64,000 bases of DNA from Candidatus Poribacteria bacterium (GTDB taxonomy: Bacteria; Poribacteria; WGA-4E; PCPOR2b), in NCBI GenBank assembly GCA_965208325.1, contig OZ242326.1, positions 1,920,001 to 1,984,000 of the forward strand, written 5' to 3'. Shown here one piece after another: positions 38,829 to 49,014 of the stretch. The notes under the pieces were generated by a model. The model searched no databases, was not told the DNA's origin, and was given only the letters and a program-made list of their open reading frames with translations. Within the stretch, counting starts at the first letter, position 1, and each line of letters opens with the position of its first letter. A program made the position numbers and the translations under genes.

Positions 38829-39147
38829 GCGCGGCAAGATGCCGCGCCTACGAGGTGTGGGGCGGTGCCATTCGCGCGGCAGGATGCCGCGCCTACGGGG
38901 TGTGGGGCGGTGCCATTCGCGCGGCAACATGCCGGGACTACAGCGTGTGGTGTGGTAAGCAAGGCGCGATGTCACCCCGGCAACGTGTGCTGCCACACGC
39001 ACGGCAAGATGCCGCGCCTACAGGGTGTGGCGCGGTGCCAAACGCGCGGCAAGATGCCGCGCCTACGAGGTGTGGTGTGGTAAGCAAGGCGCGATGTCAC
39101 CCCCGAAACGTGTGCTGCCAAACGCGCGGCAAGATGCCGCGCCTACA
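38829..39147 (-). repeat. Direct tandem array of six family A REPs
   Basis: gcgcggcaagatgccgcgcctac repeated with about 22-nt or about 55-nt related linkers. Confidence 0.88.
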
Positions 39148-39170
39148 GAATACGGTGGTGCAATTTTTGC

Positions 39171-41030
39171 CTATTTTAGTAAGACCATCCGCCGGGTTTG
39201 TTGGAATCCCTCTGTCTTTAATTGAACGAAATAGACACCGCCAGATACGGGTTCGCCGGCTTGATTGAAACCGTCCCAGTGAACGGCGCGATTTCGTGTA
39301 CGATAAACTCCTTTCGGTTGATTAGCTAATTCTATCCGCTTGACAACGTTTCCGAGCATGTCATAGATTGTGATTGTCATTGAGGACGCCTCGCCGAGTT
39401 GGTAGGGTATCCATGTTTCCGGATTGAATGGGTTCGGGTAATTTGGGAACAGCGCCGTATTTTCAGGGGCAACGAGCGTTAGGTGACGCTCTAAAAGCGC
39501 AATTCCACGCTGAACTCCCATAGATCCGTCGTGTGCTGCCGCCGCATCAACTAACCAGTCGGCAACTGGAATTGGCTGCCGGATATCCGGCCGGCTGGGT
39601 GCGGTTGATGCTTCTGCCTGAATACGCTTTGCCACTGCCACCAGATCGAACGCATCCACCAACCGGTCACCATTCACGTCAGCGGGAATGCCTATGCCTG
39701 CCGATCCAAGGGCGTTCCCGACGAGTACGAGGTCGGATGTGTCTACGACGCCATCTCGGTTCACATCCTCCGGTGTGCCTTTCGGTGCCTCCACAACAAA
39801 CGGAGGCGTTTCTTCGACTACATTTCTGAACAGATTAGCCGTTTTTACGCAGCGGAAACCGACGTATACATCGGTGTATGTTGGGCGGGCGGCAACGCGG
39901 AGCGAAGTGCGCATGTGGCGCGTATGACCTTCGAAACTTCCACCGCGCAGCGAGCGAGGCTTTTGAATGCGTACGAAATCGTCGTCAACGAAATTGAAAA
40001 CTTCGCCAGCTAGCGGGTTATTCATTGGGCTAATGACGTAGAACAGCGCAATGAACTCATCCATGCACCAATTCCAGACGTTTCCCGCCATGTCGTACAA
40101 TCCATAGCCGTTCGGCGGGAAACTGCCCACCGGAGACGCTCCGGTCCACCGGTCTCGACCGCCTACACCGGTAAAATTCGCTTCGTCGTGTGTGATGGCG
40201 TCCCCGTTTGGGTAACGTTTGCCGACCATGCCCCCGCGTGCAGCTTTCTCCCACTCCGCTTCGGTTGGAAGCCGTTTTTTCACCCACTGCGCATACGCGG
40301 CAGCGGCGTACCAACTGACCCATGCAGCAGGATAGTCAGCTTGCCCTATCGGGTAGTTGGTTCCGTCCCAATCCTTCAGGTAGTCTCGGTCATGAAATTT
40401 GTGCGGGATTAAATCTTTGCTCCACTCCGGATTAGCATCGACGAATTTTTTGAATTGCGCATTGGTTACATCGAAAGCATCCATGTAGAAATCGTCAAGG
40501 TAGACCGTATGAACAGGGCGCTCAGGCAGGGTGTCTTCATTGAACGGGTCGCCCATCTCAAAATCGCCCGAGGGAATTAATCTCATCACGGCGCCATCAA
40601 TATCGGAAATAGTTTCTTTGGGTAGGCGGCGGCTATCGCTTACAATTAGACGGATTTTTAGCCTTGGGTTTTTCACGCCTTGAAGGTCGACTCCCACGTC
40701 CCAGACGATTCGTTTGCGTTCGCCGGGGTGAATTCCTTCGCCAACGTCGCCGCTGAGGGTACGCGGGGTTATCGAATATGAATTGCCGCCATCCTCCGAT
40801 GCAGCAAGTTTGATAGAGAGCGGTTCTTCATCAGGGTCACGGAGATCGAACGTGATGTCGACTAGGCGAGTTCCGAAGCGCTGTTGTGCGTGGACATTGC
40901 TAATTTCAGGCGGGTGACCATTGTCTAGAGCAATCGCCTTGGACGTTCCCAAAAACAGGAGAAGCGTTAAGATGGTTAGGGCGGTAATTCTGCGAGTAGG
41001 TCCGAGGTGTACCCGATAGGTTAGCGGCAT
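39171..41030 (-). CDS. Secreted FGE-sulfatase/SUMF1-fold protein with dockerin-like EF repeats and FlgD/T9SS-like tail
   Basis: IPSGDFEMG, RLPTEAEWEKAARGG, NGYGLYDMAGNVWNW, GFRCV; DVNRDGVVD..DL and DVNGDRLVD..DL; PNYPNPFNPETWIPYQL; ATG 41030 with ggag RBS. Confidence 0.85.
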   Translation of the reverse strand: MPLTYRVHLGPTRRITALTILTLLLFLGTSKAIALDNGHPPEISNVHAQQRFGTRLVDITFDLRDPDEEPLSIKLAASEDGGNSYSITPRTLSGDVGEGIHPGERKRIVWDVGVDLQGVKNPRLKIRLIVSDSRRLPKETISDIDGAVMRLIPSGDFEMGDPFNEDTLPERPVHTVYLDDFYMDAFDVTNAQFKKFVDANPEWSKDLIPHKFHDRDYLKDWDGTNYPIGQADYPAAWVSWYAAAAYAQWVKKRLPTEAEWEKAARGGMVGKRYPNGDAITHDEANFTGVGGRDRWTGASPVGSFPPNGYGLYDMAGNVWNWCMDEFIALFYVISPMNNPLAGEVFNFVDDDFVRIQKPRSLRGGSFEGHTRHMRTSLRVAARPTYTDVYVGFRCVKTANLFRNVVEETPPFVVEAPKGTPEDVNRDGVVDTSDLVLVGNALGSAGIGIPADVNGDRLVDAFDLVAVAKRIQAEASTAPSRPDIRQPIPVADWLVDAAAAHDGSMGVQRGIALLERHLTLVAPENTALFPNYPNPFNPETWIPYQLGEASSMTITIYDMLGNVVKRIELANQPKGVYRTRNRAVHWDGFNQAGEPVSGGVYFVQLKTEGFQQTRRMVLLK

Positions 41031-41188
41031 GTGTCGCTCCCGTCTGCTAATTAGGAAACAACATCGAAGCAATGAAAGGCTCTCTAATTGAAGCGGAATA
41101 GCGGCGGAGTGAGTTGCCATACCGATTTGCTAGTGGGTTTATGTAGGTTTCTGGCAAATGATGAATATTTCGTTTAGAATTAAGCAAT

Positions 41189-41444
41189 GCGCGCGGCAAG
41201 ATGCACCGCCTACAGGGCCTGAGATTTGTGCGCGGCAAGATGCCCGCTTCCAGGACGTGGTGCCGCACGCAGCGAAAGATGCCGCGCTTACAGGGCCTGA
41301 GGTTTGTGCGCGGCAAGATGCCACGCCTACAGGACGTGGTGCCGCACGCAGCGAAAGATGCCGCGCCTACGGACGTGGTGTACACGCGGCTAGATGCACC
41401 GCCTACCAAGGTGGTGTACACGCGGCTAGATGCACCGCCTACAA
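41189..41444 (-). repeat. Direct tandem array of about seven family A REP variants
   Basis: About 36-40 bp period; stems vary (gcagcgaaagatgccgc, gcggctagatgcaccgc). Confidence 0.85.
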
Positions 41445-41526
41445 GTATTATTTCGAAAATACCTTAGCAAACGAACGTTCAGATGTCAAGACAAATGCAT
41501 GAGTATTTCACATGGCAGCCGTTAGG

Positions 41527-43452
41527 TTAAATGACCGAATACACGGCAGATCGTAGGATGAGGCTGAGCATTGGCCAGAAACACCCCATTAGCGCTTCGC
41601 CCAGTACCAAACCGACAAAGAAGGGAATTGCGCGGCGATAGGCTCGAATGCCGCCGTGCTTAAGTATGAACCACTTGACAATCATAGCGATCATTAAGGG
41701 AAGCCAGAGGGAGTCTGTTATGCCGGGGGCGATGCCTATAACATAACCTGCGGGGTGCAGCGGACACCAGACATACCGCGCGCGAAGGACCATTATCCCG
41801 AGATTCAAAATAAACGTAAAACCGAAGACAATCATTGCCACCCAGTCTGTGGGTTTGGGATTGACTAACCATGAGTTGAGGAAATTGTAGGTATCCGCAC
41901 CACCGGCGTGAATCTGCTCTGAACCGGCGGCGACGCCCTCCTTGTAAATAGTATATGGATAGAGAATGAGACTTGATTCAATCCCAACGATGCAGGCAAT
42001 GAGCAGTACAATGAGCATTGTTCGGTTTCTAATGCCGGTTTGATCGGCTAGCTTGAAGGATTCGAGCTGATCCGCCAGAGGATGCGTTCGAAATGAGGCA
42101 TAGCTTGCCCCGCTGAGCCAGTTCATCAACGATAGCATTGTCAAATTTCCCGTCCTGAGACGCCGGGTACCAAGCATTGAGACAATCAAGTATTGGGGCG
42201 TGAGATAACCGATTGCATGCAGCGGCGGACCTAATTCGGCTCGAATGCGCGCCAAGCCTATGACGATTGCCAGATATACGCCAATGAAGAGCACATAAGC
42301 CCAGATTGACATTCCACCTTTAGTGCAGAATATTAACAACAACACAAGACAGATGCACAACGCGATCACTGCCCATCGATAGGGAACGGGTTCATCTGCT
42401 TCTTCTACTTGATTTGGCCGGACAATTCGAGCCATGACACGAGCAAAGTGCTTTCTGCTGTTCCAACACACAACGGCAAGTAATGCGAGCAGCGCACCTG
42501 CGCCTTGTTCGCCAAAGAAGGGGTAGCCGGGCAAAATTGCGACACCAGCCATGCCGCCGTACAGAAGTTGCGCCTTTTGAAGGAGATAGAAAAAAGCGCA
42601 AGAGAAGGAGAGATCTAAGGGGAGGATAAATGCGAGACCGATTAGATATGGGGTGAAATGGAGCGGTGTGTTGCCGATGGCGTTCCAAGGTTTTTGGGTA
42701 AAGAAAACCGCTAGGTTGTATTTCTTGACCGGAAAACTTGGCAGGACTGGAAAAAAGTATTCTAAGCCATTTATCAAGTCAATCGTTGCGGCAACCGAGA
42801 ACCCAATCCACAGCAAGCGGTTTCTGAATATTGCACCCGAACGCCCTGTGATTTCAAGGGGAATCTGGATAATGGGATACGCCAATTTCTCATGCGCCAC
42901 CCATTGCCGCCGGATAATTATCGTCATGCAAAGGAAAACTACCATCAATAAGAATATGACGATTGACCACGATAAAATGGGCTTTATCCAATGTTGCAGG
43001 TAGCCGCCGGTAAAAAAATTGACTTCGCCCTCAAAGAAATCTGTTACGGTTTTTGGATTGGAGATTACCAGCCAGTCGGGTAAATGGTGAAACAGCAGAG
43101 CTTCCCAGTCGTTTTCAGGTGTTGCGAACCGGGCGGCATAGGGCATCAATCCCATCAAACGCGGGATAGAATCGTGTCCGGTAAATGCGCTGCCAACGGC
43201 CAGCATGGCATAGATTATGAGCAGGTCTTGTTGACTCAGCGCGGCTTTTGGGAAAGACCGACGCACAGCCAAATTCAGCCAGGTTATCAGCAGAAGGGCA
43301 AACACGACATTGACCGACAATGCAACGATGGTCAGGTGTGCGGTATGCCATATCATCTCGACGTAGGCGAGCCAGTAACTATTGGCAATAATTAATATTG
43401 CGCCGACTACCACAGCGCGCTTGCTGATAATTGGAAAGGATTCACGCTTCAT
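41527..43452 (-). CDS. Polytopic membrane protein, DUF6785/OPT-like putative transporter
   Basis: Many hydrophobic helices; RRQW..HEKL.YPI.Q.P, RIRAE.G.P, W.PLHP.GY, FFVGLVLGE. Confidence 0.6.
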   Translation of the reverse strand: MKRESFPIISKRAVVVGAILIIANSYWLAYVEMIWHTAHLTIVALSVNVVFALLLITWLNLAVRRSFPKAALSQQDLLIIYAMLAVGSAFTGHDSIPRLMGLMPYAARFATPENDWEALLFHHLPDWLVISNPKTVTDFFEGEVNFFTGGYLQHWIKPILSWSIVIFLLMVVFLCMTIIIRRQWVAHEKLAYPIIQIPLEITGRSGAIFRNRLLWIGFSVAATIDLINGLEYFFPVLPSFPVKKYNLAVFFTQKPWNAIGNTPLHFTPYLIGLAFILPLDLSFSCAFFYLLQKAQLLYGGMAGVAILPGYPFFGEQGAGALLALLAVVCWNSRKHFARVMARIVRPNQVEEADEPVPYRWAVIALCICLVLLLIFCTKGGMSIWAYVLFIGVYLAIVIGLARIRAELGPPLHAIGYLTPQYLIVSMLGTRRLRTGNLTMLSLMNWLSGASYASFRTHPLADQLESFKLADQTGIRNRTMLIVLLIACIVGIESSLILYPYTIYKEGVAAGSEQIHAGGADTYNFLNSWLVNPKPTDWVAMIVFGFTFILNLGIMVLRARYVWCPLHPAGYVIGIAPGITDSLWLPLMIAMIVKWFILKHGGIRAYRRAIPFFVGLVLGEALMGCFWPMLSLILRSAVYSVI

Positions 43453-43697
43453 CGGATTAAATTTATTTACGATTTACTCGAAGTGTAGATGTTGCCAACG
43501 CGGGAATGCGCTTTTGCCGCCAAGCAACTGGATTAAAAATTTGGAATTGAAACGGGGAGATACGGCGGGACCGAAAGCCGGTTTGAATAATGGGTGAAAA
43601 AGCCGTTCTTGGACGTTGGAGTTGCTAAAATTTAAGAGATTCTATCGTGCTCCCAATTCGGTCGTTTGATTCCACCAAGTACATTATTCCAGCATTG

Positions 43698-43906
43698 AGC
43701 GGGGCAAGATGCCCCGCCTACAAGATGTCATGGCGAACGCGCGGCAAGATGCCGCGCCTACAAGATGCCGCAGCGCACGCGGAGTAAGATGCCTCGCCTA
43801 CAAGATGTCATGGCAAACGCGCGGCAAGATGCCGCGCCTACAGGACGTGGTGCCGCACGCGCGGCAAGATGCCGCGCCTACAAGATGGCACGGCGCACGC
43901 GGGGCG
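43698..43906 (-). repeat. Direct tandem array of five family A REPs
   Basis: 40-bp period; linkers aagatgtcatggcgaac, aagatgccgcagcgcac, aggacgtggtgccgcac. Confidence 0.85.
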
Positions 43907-43953
43907 GACACGTTTAGATAACGCGACCTTCACCAAGCTTGGTGATTTAGAAT

Positions 43954-44874
43954 TCATCGATCGCCAAAGCCGAGTAGTTTGACTTCCATTTGTAAATTTA
44001 CACCTTTCTCCTTCTTGACATGGGTTTGGATGCGGTGTGCTAGAGTGAGTACATCCTGTGCCGTTGCGGCTCCAGCGTTGATGATGAAGTTTCCGTGAAT
44101 TCTGGATACCTCCGCTCCTCCAATTCGATATCCTTTCAAGCCGCATTCGTCAATTAACTTGCCTGCGGAATCGCCGGGCGGGTTTACGAACATACATCCT
44201 GCGTTATCTTCTACAAACGGCTGGCTTTCGATTTTCTGTTTGTAGAGTTCTTGCATGCGGGCAGTAATGGTTTCCGAATTGCCGGGAGTAAGGTTTAGCA
44301 CGGCGCCCGCCGCGCATAAGTAGTCTTGTAACCGGCTCTTGCGGTAACCAAATTGTGCCTCATCACGGCTGATGTCAATCAATTCTCCGTCGTATGACAT
44401 CACTTGAATCTGTTCCACAAGGTCCGCGAAGCAACTACCCCAGGCACCGGCGTTCATTATCAACGCTCCGCCGACCGAGCCGGGGATACCAAGCGCGAAT
44501 TCGGCACCGCTCAAGCCGCGGCGTGCGGTAGTTTTGGACAGTTTGGGCAATGAAACGCCCGCACCAGCGCGGACGCGGTTACCGTTAAATTCGATTTGGT
44601 CGAATTCCCCGGCCAGTCGAATGACAATCCCATCATACCCTGCATCGTTGATTAACAGATTTGAGCCGCGGCCGATGAATGCGAGGGGCATGTGACAACG
44701 TTTACTCAAGCCTGCGATGGCGGTAAGTTCTTGGACTGCGGCGACTTCAACGTAAGCAGTTGCCCGCCCGCCAATTCCAAAGTATGTGTGTTTGTTCATC
44801 GGCTCGCCGAATCGCAGTTTCGAAGCACTGGAGGGATTTTGAATTATTGAGGCGAGTTCCGATTTCCAATCCAT
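43954..44874 (-). CDS. murB: UDP-N-acetylenolpyruvoylglucosamine reductase
   Basis: HTYFGIGG, GRGSNLL, GIPGSVGGALIMNAGA, FGYRKS, NAGCMFVNP, GGAEVS..HGNFI.N. Confidence 0.95.
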   Translation of the reverse strand: MDWKSELASIIQNPSSASKLRFGEPMNKHTYFGIGGRATAYVEVAAVQELTAIAGLSKRCHMPLAFIGRGSNLLINDAGYDGIVIRLAGEFDQIEFNGNRVRAGAGVSLPKLSKTTARRGLSGAEFALGIPGSVGGALIMNAGAWGSCFADLVEQIQVMSYDGELIDISRDEAQFGYRKSRLQDYLCAAGAVLNLTPGNSETITARMQELYKQKIESQPFVEDNAGCMFVNPPGDSAGKLIDECGLKGYRIGGAEVSRIHGNFIINAGAATAQDVLTLAHRIQTHVKKEKGVNLQMEVKLLGFGDR

Positions 44875-45206
44875 TTCCGCCTTTATGGAATTGAACTATG
44901 CCGCGCATCGTGCATTAAGATGCGGCAACGAAATATAGCGTCCAGAGCCTTTTTGAAAAATATGCGGCAAGCCCATTTTTGGGCGTTTGAGCCACAATAA
45001 TCCGTGGAATTTCTATCGCACGGGATTTACTATCGCTTTCGATATTCGCACATTTGATTCTAAGCGGCCGCTTGATCCCGCCAAATGCCTTACTCCAGGA
45101 TGGGTCGGGGCAAGACGCCCCGCCTACGGATGGTGGCGGCGTAATTTATGGTATTGACCTATGCCGCGCACAGTGATGGCGGCAGCCAATTGTTGGTTTC
45201 CATTTA

Positions 45207-46058
45207 TCACGCCTCATCAATGTACTTCCGCATCATCTTGAGAGATTGTGCGGCGGTTTGAATAGGGGTGACCGAGTCGAAAGGTATTGCGCTCACAAAA
45301 CCGCCGTAACCAACTTTTTTTAGCGTGCGGAAGATACTTTCAAAGTCGACTTCGCCATCGCCGGGTACGAGGTGCATATGCGCGGTTAACCCCTTGTAGT
45401 CTGGGAGCCCTACCATACTGACGTAACCCTTGGAGGCGTCGCTGACGATGATTCGCTCTTGCTTGTAGGTGTCGGCGATGTGAACCCATTTCAAGATATC
45501 GGCGGCATATTCGATCATGTCGGCAGGGTCGTCCCCCAAGATAAATGTGTGCGGGCCGCAATACATGTATCCGATGTTGTCGTGACCAATCTCCTTGAGA
45601 ATATCGACGGCTGTATTGTTGTCCTCCACGAAGTCGCCGGGATGCGCTTCGAATGCTGCGTATACACCCGCTCGTTCGAGCACCGGCGCCAATTCTTCTG
45701 CGGATACCTTGAACGCCTGAATACACTCATCTCGTTGGCCTGACGTGCCGCCGCTCATCTCGCAGGTAATCACGCCGCAATCCAACATTTGTGCGAGGTT
45801 AATCTGTCGTTTGACATTCTCCACGGCTTGGCGGCGGGTTTCTTCATTGAGAGAGGCAATCGGTCCGCCGCCGCCTATCGCGGCAGGTTTTATGCTATTT
45901 CGCTGCATTATGCGCCCATGTTCCTCAATTTCGTCCTTCGGTGCGTGCGGGTTAATGCCGGTCTCTACGTACTCATATCCGATTCTGTGAATTTCTTCCA
46001 TGCGCGCTTCAAACGAATACTTTGAGAATAGAAATCCCTCACCAAGACAGGGTTTCAT
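45207..46058 (-). CDS. Sugar phosphate isomerase/epimerase (xylose-isomerase-like TIM barrel, IolH-like)
   Basis: FEAHPGDFVE, VHIADT, HLVPGDGEVDF; aagg RBS. Confidence 0.82.
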   Translation of the reverse strand: MKPCLGEGFLFSKYSFEARMEEIHRIGYEYVETGINPHAPKDEIEEHGRIMQRNSIKPAAIGGGGPIASLNEETRRQAVENVKRQINLAQMLDCGVITCEMSGGTSGQRDECIQAFKVSAEELAPVLERAGVYAAFEAHPGDFVEDNNTAVDILKEIGHDNIGYMYCGPHTFILGDDPADMIEYAADILKWVHIADTYKQERIIVSDASKGYVSMVGLPDYKGLTAHMHLVPGDGEVDFESIFRTLKKVGYGGFVSAIPFDSVTPIQTAAQSLKMMRKYIDEA

Positions 46059-46216
46059 ATTGCGACCTTCCTTTTCTTGTGATGTAGATGCCATCAAGTA
46101 GGCGAGCGGGGAATTAAGGACCGAGGATTTTATACAATGGCTGGCGCCCGCGGCAATTTCGGGACCAACCGCGAACGCCTTAACTTCGGCTTCAACACTA
46201 GCGCGAAGTTTCCCCG

Positions 46217-47083
46217 TTACGATTCTGAAATGTACTTTTGAATCATTTTCAGGGATTGTGTCACAGCTTCCACCGGAGTTATCGAGTCGAAAGGTATTGC
46301 ACTGACAAATCCGTCATATCCAATCTTCTTCAAGGTGCGAAAGATGGACGCGAAATCAACTTCGCCGTCTCCGGGAACGAGATGCAAATGCCCCCTTGTG
46401 TCCTTGAATTCCGGTGTTCCTCCGACAGTTGCATATCCCATGGGGGCGAAGCTAATGATGATGCGCTCCTCTCGATAGGTATCAGCGATATGGACCCAAT
46501 TCAATACATCAGCGGCATACTCAATCATGGCGGCGGGGTCCTCGCCTAAAATGAATGTGTGCGGGCCGCAATACAGGTATCCGATGCTCTTGTGCCCAAT
46601 TTCCTTGATTATATCCACACCCAGATTATTGTCTTCAACAAAATCGCCGGGATGGGCTTCAAAGGAGGCCTGTACACCTTCACCTTCGAGCACCGGAGCC
46701 ACTTCGCGCATAGACGCCTTAAACGCGTCAATACAGTCATTGAGCTGCAGCGAAGTGCCGCCGTTCATCTCGCTGGTGATATAGTCACATCCGAGAAGGC
46801 GTGCAACAACAATTTGGCGATTGAAACCCTTAACCGCCTGGCGACGGGTTTCTGAGTCGAGTGAAGCGAGAGGCCCGCCGCCCAAAACAGCCGCTGGTTT
46901 GATGCCGTAATGATCCATGACCTTCGCCTTCTCCTTAATGTGGTCGTCAGGCGCATTTGGATCTAGATGGGCGCCTCCGTTGAGAAGTTCTACATGGCCA
47001 TAACCGACTTTGCTGATGGCATCCATTGCGTCTTCAAAGGTGTATTGTCCAAATTGAAATCCTTCACCAAGACAGATTTTCAT
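46217..47083 (-). CDS. Sugar phosphate isomerase/epimerase, tandem paralog of 45207..46058
   Basis: Same motifs; long near-identical blocks shared with the neighbour. Confidence 0.82.
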   Translation of the reverse strand: MKICLGEGFQFGQYTFEDAMDAISKVGYGHVELLNGGAHLDPNAPDDHIKEKAKVMDHYGIKPAAVLGGGPLASLDSETRRQAVKGFNRQIVVARLLGCDYITSEMNGGTSLQLNDCIDAFKASMREVAPVLEGEGVQASFEAHPGDFVEDNNLGVDIIKEIGHKSIGYLYCGPHTFILGEDPAAMIEYAADVLNWVHIADTYREERIIISFAPMGYATVGGTPEFKDTRGHLHLVPGDGEVDFASIFRTLKKIGYDGFVSAIPFDSITPVEAVTQSLKMIQKYISES

Positions 47084-47341
47084 TATTGATTTCTCCGTTG
47101 TGATGAATTGAAGACTATTACAGATTCGTTAGCGATTTTGCGATTTTCGCAGCATGGTTTCAAATATTATTTCGGCAGGACCGTAGAAAAATGTATGTCA
47201 ATATATTTTTCAAAATGCCCGACAACGTTAGGAGATTACCGCACTTAATCGGCTTAATGTTCATTATATCAAATATGCATTTGAGCGTCGAGAAAAATAT
47301 TGCGGCGAAATCGTGTTGAAACGTGGCAAGAATCTGCAGGC

Positions 47342-48620
47342 GCACGCGGGGCAAGATGCCCCGCACACGGAGGGTAGCGACGTTCTATATGCCTGCCGCC
47401 CCGCGGGGGCTATAGGGCAGGTTTTTGATGTGTGAGGGCGGCTGGTTGTCGGGCTGAATGAAATATGCAATTGGAATGGAAAAAACAAGAGGATGGTTGG
47501 GGAATAGCGGCGGAGTTGGCGATTGGTAATGCATTGGGGATGGGTGAGGTTTTAAAAGCGTTGGGTTTCGCTACGTTCATTATATTTTGGACGTCGTTAG
47601 GCTTCCGAAGCGCAATGTAAGATTGTACGATATTTGGTGAAATCCGCTCTACCCAACCTACAAGAGCAACGAGTGCGGTGGTCGTGATTCGGAGATTGGT
47701 CCGACAGATACAGGCGATTGGAGGTTGAGGTGAAGACTATCGCCCTCCCTATTCGGTCGGTTGATCGTTGGGTTTCGCTACGTTCATTAGATTTTGGACG
47801 TCGTTAGGCTTCCGAAGCGCAATGTAAGATTGTACGATATTTGGTGAAATCCGCTCTACCCAACCTACAAGAGCTCCAGCAATGAGCGGGGCAAGATGCC
47901 CCGCCTACGGAGGGTGGCGACGTTCTATATGCCTGCCGCCCCGCGGGGGCTATAGGGCAGGTTTTTGATGTGTGAGGGCGGCTGGTTGTCGGGCTGAATG
48001 AATTATGCAATTTGGGATGCAAAAAACAAGAGGATTGTTGGGGAATAGCGGCGGAGTTGGCGATTGGTAATGCATTTGGGATGGGTGAGGTTTTAAAAGC
48101 GTTGGGTTTCGCTACGTTCAATTAGATTTTGGACGTCGTTAGGCTTCCGAAGCGCAATGTGAAATTGTACGTTATTTGGTGAAATCCGCTCTACCCAACC
48201 TACAAGAGCTGTGATTTTTGTGATTAAATGACAGGCTTTTGTGATTAAATGATGGGCTATGATTGATTTTAGTCATTTCGGTACATAATATACACAAAGA
48301 AGTGATTTACAATCGAGGCTAGGAAGCCTCTCCCACACACCGATGTGTCGATGCACAATGTTTGATAATCGAGCTTGATAGGGGCGCGGGAGGTTTTCAA
48401 GGCAGAAGACTGTAGGAAGACTATCGCCCTCCCTATTCGGTCGGTTGATCCCTCCTTATTCGGTCGGTTGATCGTTGGGTTTCGCTACATTCATTAGATT
48501 TTGGACGTCGTTAGGCTTCCGAAGCGCAATGTGAAATTGTACGTTATTTGGTGAAATCCGCTCTACCCAACCTACAAGAGCTCCAGCAATGGGCGGGGCA
48601 AGATGCCCCGCCTACAGGAT
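47342..48620. repeat. Mosaic REP tandem region (540-bp unit plus rearranged partial copies)
   Basis: gcggggcaagatgccccgc at about 47346, 47886 and 48592; block cgttgggtttcgctac...ccgctctacccaacctacaagagc present four times. Confidence 0.85.
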
Positions 48621-48738
48621 GTAGTGGCTCACTGGTGCTGTAAAACATGAATATACGAACAAGTTCTAGGATTTACGCTGCGAACCATCCCCGATGGTGA
48701 GCTTGGAATAAAATGTCCCGACAGGAAAGAATTTATGC

Positions 48739-48767
48739 TTGACAGAAATGTCAATTTTTTGTAAACT
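48739..48767 (+). promoter_or_regulatory. sigma70-like promoter with a perfect palindrome over the -35 box
   Basis: TTGACA-gaaa-TGTCAA (48739-48754); TAAACT after a 17-nt spacer. Confidence 0.5.
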
Positions 48768-49014
48768 AAGCAGACTGTTCAGATTTGCCGTTTTTTCAGC
48801 GCAGTGAGAAGGGCTCGGATAGCTAGGCCAGTTTGGCTAATTTACGGAACACACATCCTTGTGAACGTTGGCTCGGTCAGAATGCAAGATTCATTTTCCC
48901 ATTAGGACTTAGCGGCGAATCGGAGCTACATCTTGAATTACTTCCATTCTGTGTCACACTTGACTAAAAGTAGCAGATTATCAAAAATTTCTGAATAGGA
49001 GAGAAAAACAGAAC

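Noticed and set aside
39830..39960. DGR variable region at the end of the FGE/C-type-lectin-fold domain
   Set aside because: No reverse transcriptase and no adenine-variant template copy were seen in the window.
39171..41030. Active formylglycine-generating enzyme
   Set aside because: RGGSFEGHTRHMR lacks the catalytic cysteine pair, so only the fold is supported.
38829..43906. CRISPR arrays (regular 23-bp palindromic repeats with spacers)
   Set aside because: Linkers are short, reused and mutually similar. The repeats carry the GTAG REP signature and match the RAYT flanks. No cas genes were seen.
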